Origin: Candidatus Poribacteria bacterium
GTDB taxonomy: Bacteria > Poribacteria > WGA-4E > WGA-3G
Length of the DNA: 64,000 nucleotides
Assembly (NCBI GenBank): GCA_965214095.1
Contig: OZ243938.1
Coordinates: 4,384,001 to 4,448,000 of the forward strand
Direction of reading: 5' to 3'
A program made the position numbers and the translations under genes. The notes beneath the pieces are model-generated. The model saw nothing but the letters and a program-made list of their open reading frames with translations, made no database searches and had not been told where the DNA came from. This document shows positions 28,425 to 39,934 of this stretch, piece after piece. Position 1 is the first letter of the stretch. Each line of letters starts with the position of its first letter.

Positions 28425-29117
28425 CTATAAATTTGCAAACGATTTCACCCTATGCACGAGATCAGAATAATAGCATAGTCGTGCATAATATCTCATGACT
28501 CTATCAACATATTCAAGTGTCTCAGGATAACCTTGAAAATATCCGTGCGGTGGTTCCCCAGCCTCCCACACATTGCTATGCAATACCTTATCTTTTTCTG
28601 TAAGAAGGACAAGATTTCTGCTGAGACACACCCATTGATTTGGATTATCATGTCTGTGTGCAGTAATCTGTTGGGCATCCTTGATGTGTCCACGACCTCC
28701 ATTATAACTTGCCAATGCAATCCGAACACGATTCGGATGTGAACTGTCAGGATACAGGTCGTATAAACTACGGAAATAACGTGTCGCGCCAGCAATACTC
28801 TCATTAGCGTTGAATGGGTCAGTGACACCAAGTTCTTTCGCTGTCTTTGGCATCAGCTGCATCAAACCCATCGCACCTGCATGACTCTCCGCATTCTCGT
28901 CAAACCCAGATTCTTGCACAATCAGTGCAGTAATGAGCCGCCAATCCAAGTGATGCATAGCAGCATGTTCTTGTATCACCGGACGATATTTCAATATTTT
29001 GGGTGTAAGTACAAGTATCCGTACGCCGTTCCAATCACGGACAAATACGACAAATCCAACGATTAGAACTGCACACAAAATGAGTCTTATGAGAATGCGT
29101 TTTGTTATCTTCAGCAT
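28425..29117 (-). CDS. lytic transglycosylase (SLT domain, MltF-like)
   Basis: QESGF...A.S.AGAMGLMQLMP.TA, ALASYNGG.GH, ET..YV; N-terminal TM helix. Confidence 0.92.
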   Translation of the reverse strand: MLKITKRILIRLILCAVLIVGFVVFVRDWNGVRILVLTPKILKYRPVIQEHAAMHHLDWRLITALIVQESGFDENAESHAGAMGLMQLMPKTAKELGVTDPFNANESIAGATRYFRSLYDLYPDSSHPNRVRIALASYNGGRGHIKDAQQITAHRHDNPNQWVCLSRNLVLLTEKDKVLHSNVWEAGEPPHGYFQGYPETLEYVDRVMRYYARLCYYSDLVHRVKSFANL

Positions 29118-29136
29118 GTAGGTATGTCCTTATACC

Positions 29137-30801
29137 TTAGTTTCCCCAAGCATAAGCAATCAAGAAAACAAAACGGTGTTGTTGATCAGTTTCATCCTCA
29201 ACGTGATCTCTGTTTTGAATATGCCGCCAAGCGTAGTTGATAGAACCTTTAACCCCCTTAATCGGTCTATATTTCCAACCAAGTCGAAATTCAGTAAGCC
29301 GTTCAACAACCCCTGATGGAAAAGGTATGTTCTCAAAATCTTCACCGTAAAACCGATCAGTAATATCTGCTTCACCGTTTCGTTGATGGCTAAAGCTTCC
29401 CTCAATTATTGCAGAAGGTGTTGCATGATAAGACACACGAAACGTGAGTAAATCTGCATCCGTGCCTATCGGATGTCCAATCACTGTGCCGAAGTGCGTG
29501 AACTGATTATCAGGTTCCAGATGTGTATATGTCCACCGATTGACACGCACATATTCTCCGAGGAAACCGAGTTGTCGGTCTGCAAACTTTGGATACCACT
29601 CCACACCAGTAAGCCATGTTACCGCATGCGGGTCATTAGAATCAGATTGATACTGAAAATCATCTGCCAGCCATTCTGCATATAGACGTACACCATCAAT
29701 TGGTCGCACTGCGCCATCAAAACTCAACATCATGTTGTCATCATTCTCGGCATTATATTGCACTGCATAATACGGAATTATAGGATTGAGGTAATGCCAT
29801 CTTACTGACTCCACATCTCCGCCATACAGCACCCATTCCGATACACCTATTTCAAGCCAATCACTAAATTGATAGTCCACCCGATGCGCGCTAAGATAGC
29901 GTTTCGCAAGGTAACGTGTCGTGCCATCGTCAAACCATGTTGAATTTAGTTGTGCTGAAAACGCAGTTGCTTTGAGTGTGCCGATTCTACAAGGAATTGT
30001 TCCAGTGAGACGGACAAGTTCAAACGGAGGTGAGTTATCAGATATACCTACAGACTTGATAGGACTTGCTCCCCAATAAACATAATCTCTTCCAAAGAGA
30101 AGATTTAAACTTGCCTCATTAGAAAATGATAGATTATATTGAAGATAACTCCGTTTGAAGTCAACAACATAATCCCAGTGCCATCGTTCATACCGTTGGT
30201 CAGCAGATTTCAAAAGGGGAGGTGAATCTGGTAGATAATAGTTATCTAAAAAATCTTGACCTTGTTCAAAATTGGATATTTCCAATTCAGAATATATGTT
30301 CAATCTGTGACTATCTTTACCAATACCAAAATGCAGTCCACTTTGAAGAGCAGGTGCAATTTCCTCATTCGCAACACGCATTTCCGGTTGGATATTAACA
30401 TAAGTTCTTTGTAGCACGGAATTTTGTGCATCTTGTAGGTTCAATTGTGCTAACGCATTGTGGAATTCTCGTTTGAGTTTCTCAAGGAGTTTTCTGTCTA
30501 TGTCAGATATAGTGAAAGCACCTGATTGGAAACGTTTTTCTGCAGTTTGGATAATCTTTGCGACATCCTCACGAGATAGCGGCAATGTGTGACGATGAAA
30601 GCCACCTGTAACACCTGATACTTCAAGCTTATTTAACGTGTCAATCACCCAACCGTCAAAGTTATTCGGAATATTTGGAGTAGCGTATACTGATAGCGAA
30701 ACAGATGAAAAGAATACAAAAATAGAGAAAAGAAGAGTGCTTAATTTCTTATATGTAACTGAGGAATTAGGTGTAATCATGCGTCTTGCATCTCCTCGCA
30801 C
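29137..30801 (-). CDS. capsule assembly Wzi-family outer-membrane protein
   Basis: Signal peptide, SLH-like start (PLSREDVA), GRD...WG.....SDN.PP, HR.D, E.VLY, Y.E...DD, IGHP.G.D. Confidence 0.75.
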   Translation of the reverse strand: MRGDARRMITPNSSVTYKKLSTLLFSIFVFFSSVSLSVYATPNIPNNFDGWVIDTLNKLEVSGVTGGFHRHTLPLSREDVAKIIQTAEKRFQSGAFTISDIDRKLLEKLKREFHNALAQLNLQDAQNSVLQRTYVNIQPEMRVANEEIAPALQSGLHFGIGKDSHRLNIYSELEISNFEQGQDFLDNYYLPDSPPLLKSADQRYERWHWDYVVDFKRSYLQYNLSFSNEASLNLLFGRDYVYWGASPIKSVGISDNSPPFELVRLTGTIPCRIGTLKATAFSAQLNSTWFDDGTTRYLAKRYLSAHRVDYQFSDWLEIGVSEWVLYGGDVESVRWHYLNPIIPYYAVQYNAENDDNMMLSFDGAVRPIDGVRLYAEWLADDFQYQSDSNDPHAVTWLTGVEWYPKFADRQLGFLGEYVRVNRWTYTHLEPDNQFTHFGTVIGHPIGTDADLLTFRVSYHATPSAIIEGSFSHQRNGEADITDRFYGEDFENIPFPSGVVERLTEFRLGWKYRPIKGVKGSINYAWRHIQNRDHVEDETDQQHRFVFLIAYAWGN

Positions 30802-32888
30802 ATCCTATCTATCTTCTTGAATTGCCAACTCCAACGTGTGTTGTATAGAAACTGCCGAAGGTCAAATCGGTTATCTTCTGGAGAATACGGTTCTGCATGA
30901 TATGACGGGGTTAGGGTTGTCATCTTGTGCCGATTAATTGCATAATACCGGAAGAACTTTTTCACTTTTTCAGCCACTTCATCTGGCGGAAGATGATTCC
31001 ATTCCTGAGCAAGTTTTTCAAACATGCTAACAGGTCCACATCGATGCACTTTCCGTAGCTGACCGAAACGACTCAACTCCGCATAAGTCATTCCCATATC
31101 TTCTTCATCAGTTTGAGTGTAGGTTTCAGTAATAGGTTCCAATTCTGCTGTTGGTGGTGCTTCCAATATATCTCCAAGACTGGGATAGCCGAGATTTTCC
31201 TGTGCCCATCTTAGAAAACTACGAAGATCTGTTTTGCTGATACTACCTATCGGATTGATGTCTGCACTGCTGCAATCGTATTTTGTGAGATACCCGCGCA
31301 ATGCTTCGTCAACATTGCCAGTACCTAAGACGAGAAGTGTGCCACGTTTATTGCGAACCCACGGTAAGGTTTGTGCAAAGAGATAACTGATAACCATCCG
31401 TAGACGTGCCTGAATGTTCTGTAATGCTTGATTCTCAACAGTGCTGCCGCCTTCGGTTTTGAACTTAGGGGTTTTGCCAGTGATACCAATGAATAGCTTT
31501 TGCAGTGCGTTTACAAGTGTATCTATATTGATATTTAGATGATAACTGCCGATCTCACTTGCCAACTGCTTTGCACGCTGCCGCGTTTCACGAGAACTGT
31601 TCTCGGTTCCCATATAGCATGTATACAGCAGTTGATCTGCAAGATATTGTGAAGCAAGAAAAGGATCGTCATATTTAGTTTTGATAGTTTCTACACAATC
31701 TTTACCAAGCAATCGTTCAACATCACATATCACGTGTTGTGCATCAGACAGAATCGATTTTGCAACCAGTTGACACATTGACCCGACAAGTGTTGCAACA
31801 GCCCCGCTATCCGATCCACCTGATAGTGGCACAAAATAGCCTCCAGCTTCAGATCGTCTAAGATAATCCCATAACCAGCAGGCAGGACCAAGTGCAATCT
31901 CCTCTTCAGGTGTATGTATGTTGAGTTCAGTCATCGGAATGGTAACATTACGTTTTTCTCTATCGGTCACCGAGAAATCAACATTTATTTGTGGTATTGA
32001 TACACTTTGACTTGCCTGTACCGCCCCACTCATTCTTGAACCACGATACGACCGCACATCTGAGAGATCAACAGTTGCTGAAACAACTTCAACATCGCTG
32101 ATAGAGAATTGCGATCCCTGTGCGAGAATATGTCCATTCTGAGCAATAGAGGCACACCCATCAAAATATAGTCTGCCACCATCACACCCTTGCTGATTTG
32201 CATATAGGTAAATCCCACCGCATTTGTCAGTAGCATTGCATATCAAAGATAGACGTGTATTGAGCTTGCGTAGTTCGTGATGCGAACCTGACCCATTTGC
32301 AATAATCTCTACACCGTTTGCAGCAAGGTCAATATGTGGTGAATGCGGCGCGAATAGTTCTTCACAGGTTTCAGAAGCTAAAATTGTATCGTTTGTCACG
32401 AGGACTGCGCATCCTATCGGCACTGACGACTGTGAAGTGATTTCACGGATCTCAGGTGGTAACTGATACGGTTCGGTTGTCCACCCCTTCTGCCACGCTG
32501 CAAACCAACGCGGTTCTCTGTAGTTTCCTTCTGCAGCGAGTATTTTTTTGGGACGGATTAGCAGTATTTTACCATTACAGACAAACACCCTGCAGTTATA
32601 TCGCACGCTCTTGTGCATCACAGGCATACCTATGTCGCACAAGATACCATCAGTATGACCACCGATTATGATCTGTGCAAGCGATTCCCAACTGTGCCGT
32701 AACGTATCTTCCTCCAAAAAATGGTCTTCACAAGAGTAACCTGTGATTTCAAGCTCAGGACCGAGTCGGTAGCGGGCACCTGTTGCTTTCGCACGATCAA
32801 TTGACTCAATGATACGTTCACAGTTACCTTCAAAATCAAGTGACCACTGATTCAAGTTGCAGGTTGCAAGTGTTGCTTTCATAATCAT
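30777..32888 (-). CDS. nadE: glutamine-dependent NAD+ synthetase, eukaryote-type
   Basis: Nitrilase domain ([19 protein letters not shown]) + synthetase ([48 protein letters not shown]). Confidence 0.95.
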   Translation of the reverse strand: MIMKATLATCNLNQWSLDFEGNCERIIESIDRAKATGARYRLGPELEITGYSCEDHFLEEDTLRHSWESLAQIIIGGHTDGILCDIGMPVMHKSVRYNCRVFVCNGKILLIRPKKILAAEGNYREPRWFAAWQKGWTTEPYQLPPEIREITSQSSVPIGCAVLVTNDTILASETCEELFAPHSPHIDLAANGVEIIANGSGSHHELRKLNTRLSLICNATDKCGGIYLYANQQGCDGGRLYFDGCASIAQNGHILAQGSQFSISDVEVVSATVDLSDVRSYRGSRMSGAVQASQSVSIPQINVDFSVTDREKRNVTIPMTELNIHTPEEEIALGPACWLWDYLRRSEAGGYFVPLSGGSDSGAVATLVGSMCQLVAKSILSDAQHVICDVERLLGKDCVETIKTKYDDPFLASQYLADQLLYTCYMGTENSSRETRQRAKQLASEIGSYHLNINIDTLVNALQKLFIGITGKTPKFKTEGGSTVENQALQNIQARLRMVISYLFAQTLPWVRNKRGTLLVLGTGNVDEALRGYLTKYDCSSADINPIGSISKTDLRSFLRWAQENLGYPSLGDILEAPPTAELEPITETYTQTDEEDMGMTYAELSRFGQLRKVHRCGPVSMFEKLAQEWNHLPPDEVAEKVKKFFRYYAINRHKMTTLTPSYHAEPYSPEDNRFDLRQFLYNTRWSWQFKKIDRMCEEMQDA

Positions 32889-32951
32889 TAGCTATCAGAC
32901 TTCAGCATTCAGCAAGAGTGTTCAAGTCAGTTTACTGAATACTGACGACTA

Positions 32952-34265
32952 TTAGGTTTTCTGTGGTTTTTTGCGTGCGGCAGGGAACAGAATGTTATTT
33001 AATATCAACCGATAACCAGGTGAATGCTTATGCAGGTCAAGATTCGTTGGTATCTTTCCTTCACCAACAAGGTGTCGGTAATCCTCGGGATCATGTCCAC
33101 CGAGAAAGGTAAATGTGCCTTTTCCAAGTGTCCCGTGAACATATTTCACATAGTCTGTACCTTCAATATTGGCTAAAATCGTGACTGAACGGTTAATCGT
33201 GTTTTTGTTAAACGATGTTGTCTGTCCAAGGAAACCCTGTACTTCTGAGACGTGGTTTTGTGTCAACATTGTAGGTATAGGGTCATGTTTCGCTGAGAAT
33301 TCAAAGAGTTTGAAATCCTCAACACCTGTTTGTGGACTCCTATCAGGGTTCGGATTATCTATATCAGAGAATTCATATCTGTTTGGATTCGGATAGAGCG
33401 TAAAATTCTCAAATGCAAATGTGTGTTCAAAGTCCAATTTCTTTTGAAAATCCTGTGCAAGCGGTGTAGCATCTAATACAGGATCAACGATATCAAGCGT
33501 GCCGCCCTTTGATGCTAAGGCAATATCTAACGTTTCAGGGGCAGAACACATGGCAAATATGAATCCACCTTTTGCTACATAATCTGCAATGTCCAGTGCG
33601 GTTTGTCCTTTATGACGTGAAACACTTTTGAAACCTGCTTCTTTTGCAGTTTTCTCAAATAGTGCCATCCGTTGTTGATACCAGACTTGGTGCGAAAATG
33701 AACCGTGGAATTTGCCGTGCTGTCCAGTAAAATCTTCATGATGTAGATGTAACCAATCGTAACCGTCGGTATGTAATGCACCGCGTTGCACCTCTTTATC
33801 CCATATTTGGTCATACGAAATTTCCGCGTAATCCAGGGCAATTTTCACCGCATCGTCCCAAGGGTCTTGAAATGGAGACGCTTCTGGTGGTGCATATACT
33901 GCAATCTTCGGTGCTTTTTCAAGTAATATCTCATCCATATTACTTGTTTCAATGACAGTCTCTTTGATTGTCTGATATTCAACAGCACTCAACGTTTCAA
34001 AAGTAACACCCATTTGTGCAGCGCGTAGTTTCACATCCGCCGCATCAGGTGTCACAAACGACCCACCGCGATAGTTCAGCCACCAGTAACAACTGTATTC
34101 CCGCGGCACTTCCAATGCCCAATATGTTAGTCCATAAGCCTTCAGATGGTTTGTTTGGACGTTGTCCATTGGGATAAGAAGATATTGTGCTGATGCTGAT
34201 GACAGAAGTAGTATAAAGAAAACCATTATGAACATTAATTGGAGAAATCTTTTTAAGCTATACAT
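32952..34265 (-). CDS. conserved secreted protein with class-I GATase-like fold (Bacteroidota-type family)
   Basis: Signal peptide; LIPMD..Q.NHLKAYG, W.LNYRGGSF, PWDDAV, WLHLHHEDFTGQ.GKF, FAMCSA, GHDPEDY, SPGYRLILNN. Confidence 0.75.
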   Translation of the reverse strand: MYSLKRFLQLMFIMVFFILLLSSASAQYLLIPMDNVQTNHLKAYGLTYWALEVPREYSCYWWLNYRGGSFVTPDAADVKLRAAQMGVTFETLSAVEYQTIKETVIETSNMDEILLEKAPKIAVYAPPEASPFQDPWDDAVKIALDYAEISYDQIWDKEVQRGALHTDGYDWLHLHHEDFTGQHGKFHGSFSHQVWYQQRMALFEKTAKEAGFKSVSRHKGQTALDIADYVAKGGFIFAMCSAPETLDIALASKGGTLDIVDPVLDATPLAQDFQKKLDFEHTFAFENFTLYPNPNRYEFSDIDNPNPDRSPQTGVEDFKLFEFSAKHDPIPTMLTQNHVSEVQGFLGQTTSFNKNTINRSVTILANIEGTDYVKYVHGTLGKGTFTFLGGHDPEDYRHLVGEGKIPTNLDLHKHSPGYRLILNNILFPAARKKPQKT

Positions 34266-34395
34266 ATAGTTACACCTTGCTATATCAAATATTAGAAATT
34301 CAAGAACTGAAAGCTGCGATTGTTATAGGTTATTTTTGACAAATTCATCATTTTTATTTCCTATAATTTTATTGTATTTTCTCTTTTTTCACAAT

Positions 34396-34435
34396 AAAAA
34401 AGGTAACATTCTAAATTCATAGTGAATGTTACCTT
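34396..34435 (-). terminator. probable intrinsic terminator
   Basis: aaggtaacattc / gaatgttacctt 12-bp stem with a U-tract on the minus strand, downstream of 34492..37374. Confidence 0.55.
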
Positions 34436-34491
34436 GACGTTAGTTCGCTATATTTTTTAGGTTCAGTTGTCTCCAGTTTATATTCTAACAC

Positions 34492-37374
34492 TCATCTCTG
34501 AAAAGAAACTGCAACAGGTTGATACCCAAACACAACTTTCCCATTACTCATCAACGGAGATTCACTTCCTGGATTTTGATAATCCACTGTCCAGAGTTGT
34601 CCATTGTTTTCATAAACAACCCAACGGCCATTCGGTGGCACCCACACAGGACGGCTTCCACCCATTTCAGTAATCTGTTGTTCTGTCCGTACTCCGGTAG
34701 ATGAATAATTGACCACCCATATCTGACGGACGTTTCCATCAGTTCCTCTTGAAAACACAAGTGTATTACGGTCAACAGGATGCCAAGAGGGTTCCGCATC
34801 ATCTGCTGGGGAAATGACAATAGGTTCAACACTGTTTGTTCCTTGATTGAATAGAAAGATGTTCCGATTTGTATCTGCAGCAGGATTTTCTATTGAACCC
34901 GCAGTAGCATAAGCAAGGAATTGACCATCTATGCTCCAAGCAGGATGCGTCATTTCTCTCGCTGTTGAAGGAACAAGGAATATATTCTCATTGCGTATAT
35001 TTTGAATGACAATCCTCTTTCTATCGTTCCCTTCGTTCCGTGAATATGCTATATATTCGCCATTAGGCGAAATCTTCACATCTTCTGCGAGAGCACGACC
35101 ATCAAAATAAACCGTGCTTTTCCCAGTTTTAATATCTCTAATTAGAACATTGTTATCAAAATCATGGTAGACAAGGGTTCCGTCCACAGATACAGAGGGA
35201 CGATGACCTACTCCAAGTGGTGCCATCCGAGAATCCACAGGCACATCACGGAAAGCATTTAGTTTTATATCATCTGCCGTTGTTGGGGCAATACGCCATA
35301 ACACACCATCGTGACTGTAGAAGATTGAAACGGATGCACCAGAGAGTGAAAACCTACCTAATTCCACATTATCAGGTTCATCTATTTTCGTCTCATTAGC
35401 ACTAATCTGTTTTTTCTCATCAGACGTTTCTGGATCTTTACCTATATTCTGTGTATTAGGTTCAAACTCTTCCTGATCATTTAATTTCCATCCAGCACCT
35501 TCCGCTACAAATTTAAACCCAATACCTTTTGTCCAATACATCCATTCTTCAATCTGTTTGCCTTGTTGTGTGTATTTGAAAATATCCTCAGGTTCACCAT
35601 GCATACGCGCGATATTCCACCGTCCACCATCTTCAATTTCAGACATCGTGCCTGTCTCGTCAATATAAGATGCCATAATATCAATATCAACGTGTGGCGT
35701 GGTCATACCCTCCAAGACAGTAACGGGAGCCGGTGTGCCACGAACAGGTTGATGTGTTCCGAAAACGCCGATGCCATCTGACAACCCTGATGCACCATCC
35801 CGATTTTGGTCTAAAACAGCAAGGACAAAATATCTACCCGGTTTGACATCAACGAGGTAGTTTCCATCTTCATCAAGGATAAGTGGAACTACCATAGAAG
35901 AACTGAAATCAGGGGTTGTGGAAAGACTTAGAATCCCATCAGGAACGGGTATCTCTTCATCTGATGGTGCGTTTTCATTATTAGGTTTAGCACTATGTGA
36001 GGCAAAGAACGAAGTCACTTTCCCTGTAATACTCCCCATCTTTACTTCTTGTGGCACACCGGGGGATGGATTCGCTCCTAAATCAACGATAGATGGGGTT
36101 ATATTCGGATCGTTGATAGCAACAAGTTGACCATCTGCATCATACTGTGCGCTTAATCGGATATTGATATCGCGTGTTTCGCCTGTATCAAATGTGGTCA
36201 CAGCAGGTTGTTCTGTAGTAATTGAATCCGTTCCCAATCCGCCTAACTTATCTCCTTTGCTATATCTACCGTCACCATCAGCATCGTGATTGGCAATGAT
36301 GTAGTATTCTCCTGGAGGAAGTTGAAGACGATATGTGCCATCAGGGTTGGTAACCGTTGTCGCGAGGGGTTTTACAAAGGCAGAATTATCATAAACTTCA
36401 ATCCGAACCTCTGTTGCAGTTTGTGGTATTGGAAAAACGCGTCCTGATATTATCGCTGTCCCTTCTGAAGTTTCTGTAAGATCTACTATTTTATAGGTAG
36501 CAGTGAGATGAATTTCAACACCTTCAGCAAATGAACTGGGTTTAACCAAGACAGGTTCTGGAAATGCTCCCTTCTTGTATATGTCTTTAAGACCATAGAA
36601 ACCGAAAATATCACCATCATCAAGTTTGTTGCTACCATTTTTGTCAACTATTGCCATGAGATAATATTTTCCAGGCTTCAAACGGAGTTCCCATTCGTTT
36701 GTTTTGTTATTAACAATAGCAATCCCAGCACGATATTTCCACGATGTATCTGTATAGGCAAGAACAAGTTTGTGCTCTTCGGCAATTTCACTTTCTCCCG
36801 AATAGTTAAGTGTACCACGTAGACCTGATGTTGCCTTTATGAGTTCTGTTTTGAATTGTTGGGATTCACTCGGTTTATATGCAGTTGCAGGAACAAGTTT
36901 CTGTGTTTCTTCAACGCCTTGAAGTCTTGCTGTAATCGGTATCTGTATGCCTTTTATCGCTGTGTTTGTACCCACTTCGATGGCAACATGCGTCTGATTT
37001 TCATTACTCCAATCCTTTATACCCAAGACACCGTATCCATCACCCTCATCAAACTTCCCGGAACCATCAACATCCACATAAGCAACCAAATAATAACGTC
37101 CGGGTTCCACACGAAGCGTAAATGTGCCAGTTCCTAATTTTGATACACCACTGGTGTAAATGTCTTTCAGTTTTTCATCACGATACACAGATACGTTAGT
37201 ATGAGATAGGTCAAAACCTTTCCAAATTACCTCACCAGACAATCTTGCAGTCATCCGTTTAATTTGAGGTTGTGTGCCAGTTCCCACCAGAGGTGTTGTC
37301 TGCTGTGCATGAACTATCCAACTACTGAGTAATCCGAAGCAAATCGCAATTATAAGAAATACAGAACGTTTCAT
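34492..37374 (-). CDS. large secreted protein: four Ig-like repeats with Ca-binding loops plus a TolB/PD40-like propeller
   Basis: Signal peptide; four copies of PG.YY..A..D.(D/N)....(D)..D..G; C-terminal P.WS.DG / P.W.P.G repeats. Confidence 0.75.
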   Translation of the reverse strand: MKRSVFLIIAICFGLLSSWIVHAQQTTPLVGTGTQPQIKRMTARLSGEVIWKGFDLSHTNVSVYRDEKLKDIYTSGVSKLGTGTFTLRVEPGRYYLVAYVDVDGSGKFDEGDGYGVLGIKDWSNENQTHVAIEVGTNTAIKGIQIPITARLQGVEETQKLVPATAYKPSESQQFKTELIKATSGLRGTLNYSGESEIAEEHKLVLAYTDTSWKYRAGIAIVNNKTNEWELRLKPGKYYLMAIVDKNGSNKLDDGDIFGFYGLKDIYKKGAFPEPVLVKPSSFAEGVEIHLTATYKIVDLTETSEGTAIISGRVFPIPQTATEVRIEVYDNSAFVKPLATTVTNPDGTYRLQLPPGEYYIIANHDADGDGRYSKGDKLGGLGTDSITTEQPAVTTFDTGETRDINIRLSAQYDADGQLVAINDPNITPSIVDLGANPSPGVPQEVKMGSITGKVTSFFASHSAKPNNENAPSDEEIPVPDGILSLSTTPDFSSSMVVPLILDEDGNYLVDVKPGRYFVLAVLDQNRDGASGLSDGIGVFGTHQPVRGTPAPVTVLEGMTTPHVDIDIMASYIDETGTMSEIEDGGRWNIARMHGEPEDIFKYTQQGKQIEEWMYWTKGIGFKFVAEGAGWKLNDQEEFEPNTQNIGKDPETSDEKKQISANETKIDEPDNVELGRFSLSGASVSIFYSHDGVLWRIAPTTADDIKLNAFRDVPVDSRMAPLGVGHRPSVSVDGTLVYHDFDNNVLIRDIKTGKSTVYFDGRALAEDVKISPNGEYIAYSRNEGNDRKRIVIQNIRNENIFLVPSTAREMTHPAWSIDGQFLAYATAGSIENPAADTNRNIFLFNQGTNSVEPIVISPADDAEPSWHPVDRNTLVFSRGTDGNVRQIWVVNYSSTGVRTEQQITEMGGSRPVWVPPNGRWVVYENNGQLWTVDYQNPGSESPLMSNGKVVFGYQPVAVSFQR

Positions 37375-37531
37375 GTGGATTGAATCTCCGTTTTATCCGA
37401 GAATTAAGTGTTTATTCTTGTCTTCTACATGCAATTTTAGCATATCCTATCACAATTTTCAATGAATTCATTTTAAGCAACGTTCCTAACATAATGTCAC
37501 TAACAGGAGGACAATTACTTAAATTGCCGTC

Positions 37532-37735
37532 TATAGTACGGTTTCCGAACCGCATCTATGCGACTGAACAAACACCGGTTCGGTTCGGAAACCGAACCTA
37601 CCGTAGTGTGAAAATAATTATGGTTTTTGCTATAAAAAAATTCGTTCGTAGTCGCGCAATTCATTGCACCTCTTATATTTTCCACCTTAGAGTGAAAAAT
37701 CATCTTATATGAAGTCTTATTTTCAGAATTGGTAT
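37532..37735. mobile_element. stacked MITE-like elements (truncated inverted copy of 25783-25919 followed by an ATACC-type element end)
   Basis: 37539-37634 matches the reverse complement of about 25783-25878 with few differences; GTAGTCGCGCAATTCATTGC at 37648; cagaattggtat end at 37735. Confidence 0.7.
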
Positions 37736-37826
37736 AAGTTTGAATTCAAAATACCATAGTGAGATAATCTCAATTAGAATTTGTATTGCGTATTTCTCAA
37801 AAAAAGAAAGAACTGTCATCTTAACC

Positions 37827-37861
37827 AAAAAACCCTCCCTACAATGTAGGGAGGGTTTTTT
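37827..37861. terminator. bidirectional intrinsic terminator
   Basis: aaaaaaccctccctaca-a-tgtagggagggtttttt perfect stem with A/T tails, downstream of 37917..38897. Confidence 0.8.
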
Positions 37862-37916
37862 GTCACCTGAAATGTCTCAAAAATGACACGGTATAAAACC
37901 GCGCCTAATTCTAATT

Positions 37917-38897
37917 TTACGCAAATGCGTCTTCTTCTACATCATTAAGAGAAATACGTGCATTTTCTTGTAATGCCGATCTATGAACAGCAGCTTCAAA
38001 GAGCAATTCATTCCATGCAGCATTACCATCTGCGGGGAAAGCATTATCAGATTGCATCGCTTTAATTACACCATCTGCCATCCTTTTGAAAGATTCAGGC
38101 ATTTCAGGATTACCCTGTTCGTTTTCCCATCGTTCCTCAACTTCAGAGTTACCTGCCTTACGGCGTAAGTATTTCCCGTCTAAACCTTTCGCCTCAGCGT
38201 ACGACTTATCTCCAAGAACTTTGATACGAAGCGGATCATCATCATAACCCCATAGATTTGTACCACTTAGTGTACCGATGACACCGTTCGGCCAACCGAT
38301 ATGAATCAATCGTGCCCATCCACCTGACTCATTTGGATCGCCGACGACACTCACCCAATCGGGTCGACCTATAGTCCACAGAATCAGATCTATGATATGA
38401 GACCAGCAATTGAAATGTGCACGGGCATGAACCATTTTGATTTCACCTAACACACCGTCAGCGACATCATCGTGCAGTTTTCTGAAATGATGCATAAACC
38501 GATAATTAAAATCAATGCCAAATTTCAACCCTGATTCACGCCAACTTTTGATTGCCGGTGCCGCAATCTTGAGATCCTCTTCACGAACTCGTGCTTGTCC
38601 CTCTAATCCACACAGCGGTTTTTCTGTAAACACATTTCGTCCACCTGCAATCAGTTCGCTTAATGGTGGAATACGACGCGTTTCGTTAACGATCAGCAGG
38701 ACAAGTTCTGCATCACAGTTTGCTAACAACTCCTCAATGGTTGTGTAACCAGGAACACCGAAATGTTCTTTCGCTTTTTCAAGCAGTTCAGGATTCATTT
38801 CGCATACCGCAACAACTTCCGCATCCGGATGGTTATGGAAGTTTCCACCATGCATCATACCCATTCCTCTACCACTAAGCAATGCACAATTAACCAT
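37917..38897 (-). CDS. Gfo/Idh/MocA family oxidoreductase
   Basis: VVAVCE, NVFTEKPL, FNYRF, SHIIDL. Confidence 0.88.
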   Translation of the reverse strand: MVNCALLSGRGMGMMHGGNFHNHPDAEVVAVCEMNPELLEKAKEHFGVPGYTTIEELLANCDAELVLLIVNETRRIPPLSELIAGGRNVFTEKPLCGLEGQARVREEDLKIAAPAIKSWRESGLKFGIDFNYRFMHHFRKLHDDVADGVLGEIKMVHARAHFNCWSHIIDLILWTIGRPDWVSVVGDPNESGGWARLIHIGWPNGVIGTLSGTNLWGYDDDPLRIKVLGDKSYAEAKGLDGKYLRRKAGNSEVEERWENEQGNPEMPESFKRMADGVIKAMQSDNAFPADGNAAWNELLFEAAVHRSALQENARISLNDVEEDAFA

Positions 38898-39767
38898 ATT
38901 TAATACCTCTCATTTAGCGATAATCAATAAACTAAGTTTGAAACGATGTTCAAGACAAAATCTCTGCTTCATACGCAAGGGTTGGAACAAAAAGATTTTC
39001 AGTAGTATATCACACACAACAAAAAACTCAAGAAAAATCTACTATTTGCAGTGTCTTTCGTTTTCGGTTCTTCTTGTTGTTTTTTCACAAATGCTAAATG
39101 CCCCAAGGCGGCAGGCACGGTTTCCAACATAAGGGGTATCAACGGCATTCGGAACACGCCGGCGCGAAAACTTACGAGACTCCCAATGCCAACGATAATA
39201 CGAACCAACACTCACACTCGCTTCTTCACATCCTAAACTCACAGAAGTGCGCCTTAGCAACACAGCCAGATCAGCAATAACCTCTTGTGACAACCGCATG
39301 CAACCCTTCTTTTTCGCGAAGGTTTTTATTGTCATTTTTTCCAAAAACACCAAATTATAATGCAATTAATGCAAAATGTTTTTAAGAATACCATATTTTC
39401 AAACCACGATTTACCGGACACTCGATCAGGTGATTTCGGACAAATTGCATTTATGAGATACACTGTAAATAAACCTGCTGCTCATACAAATTTGCTTGTA
39501 TTCTAACAATAGAAAGGGTATAATATTGACAACCATTGATTTAGGCGTGTTTTTGTTCGGCATCCTTGCCTTATATACAACTATCCATTAACACATTCAA
39601 AGATAAACTTTATCCTAACTTCGTCAAAGTCCATCGCAAACCTACGTGTGAAGTATTACCAATCGATGAGTAATAATACAAATCCACATCCTTATTACCT
39701 ATCATGTAGATACAATATCTCAATTAATAAACCACGCCTACCCGGATAGTTTTATCAAATTTTGCAC

Positions 39768-39886
39768 TATAGTAAAGTTTAGAATTAAGAAGACATTTCA
39801 ATGCGCTTTCAAGTGCCACAAGTCCCGTAGGGGCGAGGTTTCCTCGCCCTCTGAGACGTGTCCTATTAATTGTATATTCCACTATA
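39768..39886. mobile_element. MITE-like element (TATAGT...ACTATA) with a GTAG hairpin
   Basis: Imperfect 28-bp IRs tatagtaaagtttagaattaagaagaca vs tatagtggaatatacaattaataggaca; GTAG-GGGCGAGG-ttt-CCTCGCCC at 39827-39849. Confidence 0.7.
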
Positions 39887-39934
39887 AATACAGACAATAG
39901 TTTTTTCACACACTGTGAATACTAACACATAATA

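Noticed and set aside
32952-34265. Label asparagine synthetase B, often attached to this family
   Set aside because: It has a signal peptide and lacks the N-terminal Cys Ntn domain and the SGGxDS PP-loop
37380-37712. 110-aa ORF (and the 62-aa antisense ORF)
   Set aside because: They are translations of stacked MITE/REP sequence; the same applies to 39724..39909 and 55442..55666
37827-37861. Hairpin containing GTAG/CTAC as another REP element
   Set aside because: Symmetric A/T tails and its position after a stop codon fit an intrinsic terminator better
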